A stretch of DNA of 41,881 nucleotides, from the IMG/VR virus record IMGVR_UViG_3300031519_000061, positions 1 to 41,881 of that record; one strand, 5' to 3'. Below the pieces are notes generated by a model, which was not told where the DNA came from, made no database searches, and saw only the letters and a program-made list of their open reading frames with translations. The position numbers were made by a program, and so were the translations under genes. This DNA is from a virus. Taxonomy: Duplodnaviria; Caudoviricetes. Below are positions 37,001-41,881 of this stretch, one piece after another (position 1 is the first letter of the stretch; each line of letters starts with the position of its first letter).

Positions 37001-38171
37001 AACATACACAGGTGGATTAAAAGCAATTGGATTTGGTAATAACGACAATGATCCAAAATTTGTTGCAATCCAAACTGGTACAACAACTGCCGTAGGAACC
37101 TTTAACATAGGGTGTACAACAAGAGCAAGAGCTAGTGTAGCAAATGAAAAGGTATTTGCTGCAAGAATTACTGAACCTGGTTCGGGTTATGGTTCTTCAG
37201 CGCCTACAATGACTATTACAGATCCAAACAATATTAACGAGGCATTGTTTACTGTTAGACTAAACAACGGTGTGTTAGGACAGCCTACATTCGTAGCAAG
37301 AGGTAGTGGCTTCCTTTCAGCAAGTGCTGAAGTTAACACAGACGCCAGTAACGGATTTGCTGATTTCTTACAAGACGGTCAGTTTGTTGCAGTTAGACAA
37401 CTTTCAGATATACCAGTAAACGGTTCTAACGTTGTGTTTGACGGCCTACCTGGAACAACATTTAAATTAGTTAATGTTGTAAGTAGAGTTGGAACAAAAG
37501 ACGGATCATATACAGCATTCTTACAACTAAGTCCATTTATGGAAATTGAAGATGCTGTAACAAACAACGATCCAGTAACAATGCGCATTAGATTTAGTCA
37601 AGTACGTCTAACAGGACATGACTTCTTAGATATTGGAACAGGCAATTTAGCTGATACAAATTATCCAGAAAACGTATACGGAGCACCAGTTAATAAACCG
37701 TTGCAAGCAAATGAAACATTATCATCAAATGGTGGACGAGTATTCTTTACAAGTACAGACCAAGATGGTAACTTTAGAGTCGGCGACTTGTTTAGTATTG
37801 AACAAGCAACTGGTGTTGCAACACTAAACGCAGATGCATTTAACATTGCTGGTCTACAAGAACTTTCACTAGGTGAAGTTACACTAGGCGGTAACTCTGC
37901 AAGTGTAACAGAGTTTAGTACAGATCCGTTCTTTACGGCAAACAGTGATAGCATTGTACCAACACAGCGAGCAATCAAGAGTTATATCGAAGCGCAAATT
38001 GGTGGAGGTGGTGCATCGCTAATTGTTAACAGTGTTACAGCCGGCGACATCTTTATTAACGGTACACAAATTACCACAGTAAGTGGCGCAACGATAAATA
38101 TAACAGCGAACGTAAACTTTACTAAGTCTGTATTAGGCTTACCACTAGCATACAACTACTTTTTAAGATAG
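31044..38171 (+). CDS. Giant virion protein D, C-terminal part (helical C-x-R-D repeats, beta-helix, Asp-box propeller)
   Basis: Colinear with the rest of 23459-29062 (V.TG...E..PI.VPA.C...GDELRAT onward); seven Cys-containing helical repeats; own GGAGGAG RBS. Confidence 0.85.
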   Translation: MATIFETITSLNTVITDAITAGVATNIPNRIIRNTLIKVSTGKYYEVLPIIVPAECCIIGDELRATNVQPRKASNSSLTPADDFKYTINSLERIETVIGDIVQGVAVTPTTGNTRTQNRTWPYAETAGPATASKQLARTIKRRVDIGLGNKVEANYKDSWDMGTPAYGYAREGLLLNKKFIQEEATAYITANYATLKYSRTKCKQDVGFLLDAIAYDLTYGGNWQTVKAGEAYYEGTNLQINSSELVATIATYGYLKSISQSISKDTTVTPVLNSVQVQLTLAKAGSIAASNAVAALFDDFINILTNGSGSETITYPTTTSVADGLADASLSLLNVKATVQKNTIDFINGHFGNFQYNSAKCRRDLENIITDTSYDVALGTNYNAVFNGRAYNRPNNAYNLSAQRPETVGAIRNARDELKISVTTDGSSAVGSSNASARITTAYDEIVDMINNGLSAENSLSFPDPGSPTFVQNNKDAKDNLIANKAFIQADVVAYVDNTYGSLVYDSGKCSRDVGYIIDALCYDILYTGTQATTRIAESYFVNGTTQVYGQETETVAAYNHLKSIVGKIVQEQSVTAQSGHAVTQTTPGTPASGTEETLLDAKIDIITAAITAGNLNSLPASVYPPIAWADAEYEVAHSNILSDKEDVITSTVQYINTTYNTTFKYNHAKCSRDIGLLLDAARYDFMLGSNVASINAGLSYLRRPSAKIIGAQKGATIAANEYVRTQLLNAIDSTDNVVGDYWYNFTYNEVTCARDIRLLVDSVRLDVAFNSNHRSIASALRYYSGTVSNLVVLNKQLKQTTESFTKAKTLMAAELSDATAIARSNALWDEIIDIVTNGSSAANAYSRPNPTGYNTSYLATYGNARAQLIANKTFIQDEIDAWIAVQKAASNAPFFPGFVYNATKCRTDVGLIIDALLFDLTYGGNLQTYDAALAYYVGAASQLGGAEKAATLATYARLKTVVEQVIGETGVSKSAGNSGTQDTSGTAGNAGVITFAGNRVQEIIDYIASDGTANPSRTYPGLAWVSGTLQSEYAAISFDVQRQIGNATTRWITNRIVIAHINNSWEWIQDIIFSGSDEGSNTQTSDVEVYNAVRQLELNKEFIVDEALAFIDNKYKAIVTSTVVATEGQFVIDDTSWLFEGMPIKFVGGDDSSDSVENASLTEGTTYYVKRVISDTNFSITTTRYGSVYETLEYGEGFTVQKVYSYNRALCQRDVREHIDAIKWDLQWPQEQNRIYNKFGFDVSLYLPAVYRTRLGSRYYVNSVIGSQESDFYYLRNGTGLRLQTMEGLQGDLGPANAYGTSRPTAGAYASLDPGWGPDDTRVWISARSPYVQNCTTFGFGAIGQKIDGALHNGGNDSIVSNDFTQVISDGIGAWITNNGRGELVSVFTYYSHVGYLCEAGGRMRATNGNNSYGTYGSVAEGVDADEIPVTAIVDNEQQYRAVIANVYTDAVNQILALEYSHAGNGYTEAKLDIFGAGDSEILVQDEFRDQAVNQIRVIEVDDSTGNPDATAGGSGYLQVTNTAQTGNSTSLTIAATDGNSSTAYPGMKIYITSGAGVGLFGVVNTYNSGTKVATVNKETDGTAGWDHVVPGTAFVSPNSSSIYLIEPRLTFTAPSRTDTTATITSDVWNDVKFIETSAQYTNQAVTTQSDGLDATFNVTRNGEKYYVLINTAGTGYVRKDTVTIPGSNLGGATPANDIVITATTVNSATGAIEEFDFDGVGRKGNFIALPDAGTTAKSSLDGATWTTSTLATGANYKRVSNGLVDDGSSTFRQSYAVAVAITGGATVTNYSLTGTTWTAPGSQPSLTATTYADTAFGQVSTTTGRFIIIGDGDRDVSYSDDGGTTWTTTTNALPSTGFSSVAYGQGKFVAVKRAARNVAYSTDGITWTEVATGLPAADDWEDIVYGKGRFFAIATDTRNGAYSLDAGATWTQQAITTGGSNAATPVRIEYGQGMFIVTTTDTNELSYSEDGVYWPAPYTITAATYTGGLKAIGFGNNDNDPKFVAIQTGTTTAVGTFNIGCTTRARASVANEKVFAARITEPGSGYGSSAPTMTITDPNNINEALFTVRLNNGVLGQPTFVARGSGFLSASAEVNTDASNGFADFLQDGQFVAVRQLSDIPVNGSNVVFDGLPGTTFKLVNVVSRVGTKDGSYTAFLQLSPFMEIEDAVTNNDPVTMRIRFSQVRLTGHDFLDIGTGNLADTNYPENVYGAPVNKPLQANETLSSNGGRVFFTSTDQDGNFRVGDLFSIEQATGVATLNADAFNIAGLQELSLGEVTLGGNSASVTEFSTDPFFTANSDSIVPTQRAIKSYIEAQIGGGGASLIVNSVTAGDIFINGTQITTVSGATINITANVNFTKSVLGLPLAYNYFLR

Positions 38172-38183
38172 GAGAAAAAGGAA

Positions 38184-38507
38184 ATGGCAACAGGAATATT
38201 AGGTACACCAACCAATGTCCCGGCAACGACAAATACTACAGTGTACACAGTACCTGCAGATAATTTTGCTATAGTGTCTATTAATGTTACAAATAGATCA
38301 ACAGCAACAAGGGATATACGTATTGGATTATCAGCAACTGCTACACCTAGCCTTGCAGAATACATTGAATACGATACAGAAATCGTAGCCAACGGCACAA
38401 TAGAACGAAGCGGTGTAGTACTGCAAGCAGGAAAAAATATTGTAGTCTATGCAAACAGTACAGATGTAACTGTAATGGTATATGGCATAGAAACAAGTAC
38501 AACTTAA
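38184..38507 (+). CDS. Small beta-sandwich adaptor protein, paralogue 3
   Basis: 107 aa; TTVYTVP, VSINVTN, IEYD, ERSGVVL and terminal VMVYGIE. Confidence 0.8.
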   Translation: MATGILGTPTNVPATTNTTVYTVPADNFAIVSINVTNRSTATRDIRIGLSATATPSLAEYIEYDTEIVANGTIERSGVVLQAGKNIVVYANSTDVTVMVYGIETSTT

Positions 38508-38517
38508 GGAGCAACTA

Positions 38518-39465
38518 ATGCGTAGAATAACAACAGGTATAGTAGGCGGACCAATACTGGGACAGCTATCAGCTTTCCAAAATAATGTGTCAGGTGTTGT
38601 TACTAACCAAGATATTACGTTGTCTCCGAGCGGCACGGGTATTGTAGCTATTGGGTCACACTTAATGGTTAAAAATACAAATGCTCTGCAATTAGGTGAT
38701 GCTGATAGTACTCACTTTGTAGGTTTTAAAGCTGAAGATAGTATTACTACAAGTGTAACATATACTATGCCAGCAACAGGACAAACGAGCGGATATGTTC
38801 TACAAACTGACGGTAGTAGTGTGCTAAGTTGGGCTAGTCCAGCATTAGATATTGCAAACCAGTTAGCTAGTACAGCTACTTTTTATCCTGCATTACTAAC
38901 TGATACAAGCGGTGAAACAACAAGTTTAAATACCAGTAGTACTAAGTTAACATTCCAACCTAGTACAGGAAATATGGGTGTAGGTGGAAATTTAACAGCA
39001 GTTGGCCAAGTTAGTGGTACAAGTTTCCAAGGACCATCAACATCAGTTGCTTTAACAGCAGCTAACACTACAAATTCTACTCACTTTCCTTTGTTTGCAT
39101 CGGCCGCAACTGGAAATCACAGTCCAAGAACTGATACAGGCTATACATACAATCCTAGTTCAGGTGAACTTACAGCAACTATTGTTACAGCATCTTCAGA
39201 TGGCATACAAAAGAAAAACATTAAAACTATAAACAATGCTATGGAAAAAGTAAAGAATCTTAGAGGCGTATCGTACAACAGAAAATCAAACGACTCAGAA
39301 GAAATTGGTGTTATTGCACAAGAAGTAGAAAAGATTTTACCTTCTATTGTTAGAGGAAAAGAGGGAGCTAAGAGTGTTGCCTATGGTAACATTGTCGCTG
39401 TCCTTATAGAAGCTATTAAAGAACAGCAGGTTCAAATTGATGATTTAAAGGCAAGGGTGGCGTAA
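38518..39465 (+). CDS. Tail fibre protein with C-terminal intramolecular chaperone (Peptidase S74)
   Basis: SSD...KKNI, LRGVSY, IGVIAQEVEKILP, SVAYG and terminal coiled coil; two internal L..YNPS.G.L fibre repeats. Confidence 0.88.
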   Translation: MRRITTGIVGGPILGQLSAFQNNVSGVVTNQDITLSPSGTGIVAIGSHLMVKNTNALQLGDADSTHFVGFKAEDSITTSVTYTMPATGQTSGYVLQTDGSSVLSWASPALDIANQLASTATFYPALLTDTSGETTSLNTSSTKLTFQPSTGNMGVGGNLTAVGQVSGTSFQGPSTSVALTAANTTNSTHFPLFASAATGNHSPRTDTGYTYNPSSGELTATIVTASSDGIQKKNIKTINNAMEKVKNLRGVSYNRKSNDSEEIGVIAQEVEKILPSIVRGKEGAKSVAYGNIVAVLIEAIKEQQVQIDDLKARVA

Positions 39466-40071
39466 ATGGCAACTAAATTAACTGGAACAGGAATTCAGTA
39501 CGGCAACGTACCATACGATCAATACAGTACAGGAGCAACGACAAAAATACAAACTGATGCTAATGTTATTGTACAAATGAAATTTGGAAGCGGAAGCACT
39601 GTTAATCAATACACAGGAACTCCAAACGGCACATCAGGAATTGTAAACGGTTCAGAAGTAGATATGGGCGTTCCTCAAAAAGCAACTAACTGGTATAGAC
39701 TATTTTGGCAAACAGTTACAGATGATAGCGATGGTAATATTTCGGGAATTGGTATACGTGTAGAACGTTGGACACCAAGTTCAGGCTGGCAAACTAAATT
39801 AGCACAAGGAAGTCACGCCAGTTATGATAACAACTACTCTGATTGGTATAGACAGAATCAAGGTATATTTTGGGTTCCGACACATCCTAGCTATCAAACA
39901 CAACAACATAAATTTAGACTAGGATTCCACAAGCATAACAACGGTCAGATGAGATTTAATTGTTCAATTGGGCGGGACCTGCGTAGAAATGGATGGAACA
40001 ACAATCAATTTGAGGTTTGGGAAGTTGATGGTGATAGAATACAAACAACCGGAAGGATGACGAGGTTTTAA
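39466..40071 (+). CDS. Trp/Asn-rich fibre-tip (receptor-binding-like) protein, paralogue 1
   Basis: MAT.L.G.G N-terminus; NWYR, RWTPSSGW, HA.YDNN, HKFR, WNNN.FEVWEVD shared with the next two ORFs. Confidence 0.75.
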   Translation: MATKLTGTGIQYGNVPYDQYSTGATTKIQTDANVIVQMKFGSGSTVNQYTGTPNGTSGIVNGSEVDMGVPQKATNWYRLFWQTVTDDSDGNISGIGIRVERWTPSSGWQTKLAQGSHASYDNNYSDWYRQNQGIFWVPTHPSYQTQQHKFRLGFHKHNNGQMRFNCSIGRDLRRNGWNNNQFEVWEVDGDRIQTTGRMTRF

Positions 40072-40072
40072 T

Positions 40073-40630
40073 ATGGCTACAAGTTTAAGAGGCGACGGAG
40101 TACAATATAGTTCAGGGACAATCCAAGAAGGTACAAGAGCAGTTGTAAAACATAGAATGTGCGGTGCAACAACAGTAAATCAAGGCCTTCCAAATAACAA
40201 TTGGGCTCATATGTCCGGTGTAGAAATTTCTATGGGTGTTCCACAAAATGCTAATAATTGGTTTAGATGCGAATGGTATACTGATACTGACGACCAGGGC
40301 GGCAGTAACGGCGGAAGTGGGTATGCTCTGTATAGATGGACCCCGAGCACAGGCTGGTCTAGAATCTTAGACAGCGGCTGGCATGCAAATTATGACAACA
40401 ACGCTGGTGATTTTTACACTAGTATAAGAACTTTGTATTATGCACCAGCAATAAATAATACAGAAGAACACAGATTTAGAATTTATGGACGTAGACATCC
40501 GAGTGTTGCTATGAGAGCTAACTGTGATATTGGCGCTGATTTGCGCAGGCAAAATTGGAATAATGCACTGTTTGAAGTATGGGAAGTAGACCATCAGTTA
40601 GCTACTACTACAACAATGACGAGGTATTAA
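40073..40630 (+). CDS. Trp/Asn-rich fibre-tip protein, paralogue 2
   Basis: Same motif series; GAGG RBS embedded in the last codons of paralogue 1. Confidence 0.75.
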   Translation: MATSLRGDGVQYSSGTIQEGTRAVVKHRMCGATTVNQGLPNNNWAHMSGVEISMGVPQNANNWFRCEWYTDTDDQGGSNGGSGYALYRWTPSTGWSRILDSGWHANYDNNAGDFYTSIRTLYYAPAINNTEEHRFRIYGRRHPSVAMRANCDIGADLRRQNWNNALFEVWEVDHQLATTTTMTRY

Positions 40631-40632
40631 AA

Positions 40633-41199
40633 ATGGCAACAAAACTTACAAGTAGCGGCTTAACAAACGCAGATAACATAGTTCAACAAAACCATGAAGG
40701 AATTGTAAAAGTTGGGTTTACTTCATCGGGATCAAGAGATTATAGCGTAGGAAGCGGATTTGGAGCACGTTGGGGATACTCGGGTGCAGAAGTACGGATG
40801 GGATCACCTGCCAATGCTAATAATTGGTATAGAATTAGATATCAAACAATTTGTGACGACCAGGGCAGCGGAGGCCAAGGAACAGGCGCAGCAATTTACC
40901 GTTGGACACCTAGTTCAGGATGGGAACGTGTTATGGACCAGGGACACCATGCAGCAATGGAAAATAATGCGGGTGATTTATATTGGATGTGTAATGTAGA
41001 TTATTTAGTACCGACACATCCTAGCTATCAAACACAAGAACATAGATTTAGAATCTACCATGCGAATTGGAGCGGTCCATGCAGAGTAAATTCTGGCATT
41101 GGCCGCCAAACAAGAAACGGTAACTGGGAAAATAACATTTTTGAAGTATGGGAAATTGACCATAACGTTATGAATTCCGGAAACCTCGGCAGATACTAA
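40633..41199 (+). CDS. Trp/Asn-rich fibre-tip protein, paralogue 3 (start corrected from 40579)
   Basis: MATKLT start matches the other paralogues; GAGG at 40621-40624. Confidence 0.75.
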   Translation: MATKLTSSGLTNADNIVQQNHEGIVKVGFTSSGSRDYSVGSGFGARWGYSGAEVRMGSPANANNWYRIRYQTICDDQGSGGQGTGAAIYRWTPSSGWERVMDQGHHAAMENNAGDLYWMCNVDYLVPTHPSYQTQEHRFRIYHANWSGPCRVNSGIGRQTRNGNWENNIFEVWEIDHNVMNSGNLGRY

Positions 41200-41202
41200 A
41201 TA
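41195..41202 (+). promoter_or_regulatory. Late promoter ACTAAATA
   Basis: Overlaps the stop of paralogue 3, upstream of AAGGAG. Confidence 0.5.
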
Positions 41203-41218
41203 CAAAGGAGATATAATT

Positions 41219-41680
41219 ATGTTAACAGATAAAACAACTTACTATGATATGCTAAAAGCCCCGTTTAGAGGCCACGCTTTAGCAGAATTATTAGAAGCAA
41301 GGAACAGTCCTTACCAATTTTCCGGTTCATTTAGTTTTGAAACTGAAGCCGAATATAGAGAACTCAAGTTTCTTGACTCAACTGCTTCTGCAGATCAGCA
41401 AGAGATTGATCCTCTAACAGGTGACCCACTATGCCAATATTCTTATGATCAAGTATCTCAGAATATTCCAACTTGGGCAGAAGTAGAAGCCGAACACGTT
41501 GATAATATGAACGAGTACAATAGATTAGAAGGCAAAAGAGAAAGAACTGAGAAATATCCAGCATATAGTGAACAGCTAGACATGTTGTATAAAGATATTG
41601 ATGCCGGGTATTTAGGCACAGCGGCTAAATCTAGTTCTTTTTATATAGCAATAAAGGCTGTAAAAGACAGTAGCACATAA
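41219..41680 (+). CDS. Tail fibre assembly chaperone-like protein
   Basis: PTWAEV, EY.R...R...YP...EQLDMLY.DI, I.AVK pattern typical of small phage fibre-associated proteins; follows the fibre genes. Confidence 0.65.
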   Translation: MLTDKTTYYDMLKAPFRGHALAELLEARNSPYQFSGSFSFETEAEYRELKFLDSTASADQQEIDPLTGDPLCQYSYDQVSQNIPTWAEVEAEHVDNMNEYNRLEGKRERTEKYPAYSEQLDMLYKDIDAGYLGTAAKSSSFYIAIKAVKDSST

Positions 41681-41694
41681 CTCATAAATTTAAA

Positions 41695-41738
41695 GCCGTA
41701 GTAATCCATTGTATAAATATGTTTATGGATACTACGGC
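41695..41738 (+). promoter_or_regulatory. Hairpin with late promoter TATAAATA (41712-41719) in its loop
   Basis: GCCGTAGT-a-ATCCAT 41695-41709 pairs with ATGGATACTACGGC 41725-41738. Confidence 0.75.
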
Positions 41739-41881
41739 ACTTTATGATCTTACAATTAATCACACCATTAATAAACTGCTTGCAAAGCAACTTTTACCTA
41801 TTGCTAAAACACTTTTAGCAGATCCTAATAAAATTACAAATATGTGGGGATACAAAAACACATATACCCAAAACGAGGGCG
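41725..41881 (+). CDS. Hypothetical protein, 5' part only
   Basis: Open from ATG 41725 to the window end: MDTTALYDLTINHTINKLLAKQLLPIAKTLLADPNKITNMWGYKNTYTQNEG. Confidence 0.6.
   Translation, partial: MDTTALYDLTINHTINKLLAKQLLPIAKTLLADPNKITNMWGYKNTYTQNEG

Noticed and set aside
14492-38636. Numerous 60-206 aa minus-strand and off-frame ORFs inside the fibre genes
   Set aside because: Fully nested in long conserved ORFs, with composition expected from antisense reading of repetitive codons and no expression signals.
40579-40632. N-terminal extension of tip paralogue 3 in the ORF track
   Set aside because: Overlaps the previous gene; paralogy and the SD place the start at 40633.
39466-41199. 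Diversity-generating retroelement target/template pair
   Set aside because: No reverse transcriptase in the window, no repeat of about 100 nt or more differing only at adenines, and all three copies are intact genes.
1-41881. CRISPR array, IS element, integrase or alternative genetic code
   Set aside because: No regularly spaced repeats and no transposase or recombinase motifs; conserved genes are full length in the standard code.

Overview
The window is the virion-morphogenesis region of a large, AT-rich T4-like (myovirus-type) phage read in the standard code. It holds a putative internal head protein, a gp26/gp51-like pair on the minus strand and a tape-measure-like gene. The head module follows: portal gp20, an acidic core protein, protease gp21, scaffold gp22 and a short major capsid gp23. 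About 29 kb of paralogous giant fibre/structural proteins, small adaptor proteins, an S74-chaperone fibre, three tandem tip paralogues and a fibre chaperone complete it. Late promoters with a TAAATA core precede most units. The most notable observations are: (1) a stand-alone, heavily base-paired non-coding RNA of about 250 nt with its own sigma70 promoter and terminator right after the capsid gene; (2) a lambda G/GT-like -1 frameshift signal that would fuse gp26-like to gp51-like; (3) eight helical repeats carrying a phycobiliprotein-like C-x-(R)-D motif in the largest virion proteins; (4) one fibre gene split in the middle of such a repeat; (5) several structured late-mRNA leaders. All product calls come from motif recognition by eye, RNA folds were paired by hand, and no database search was run.
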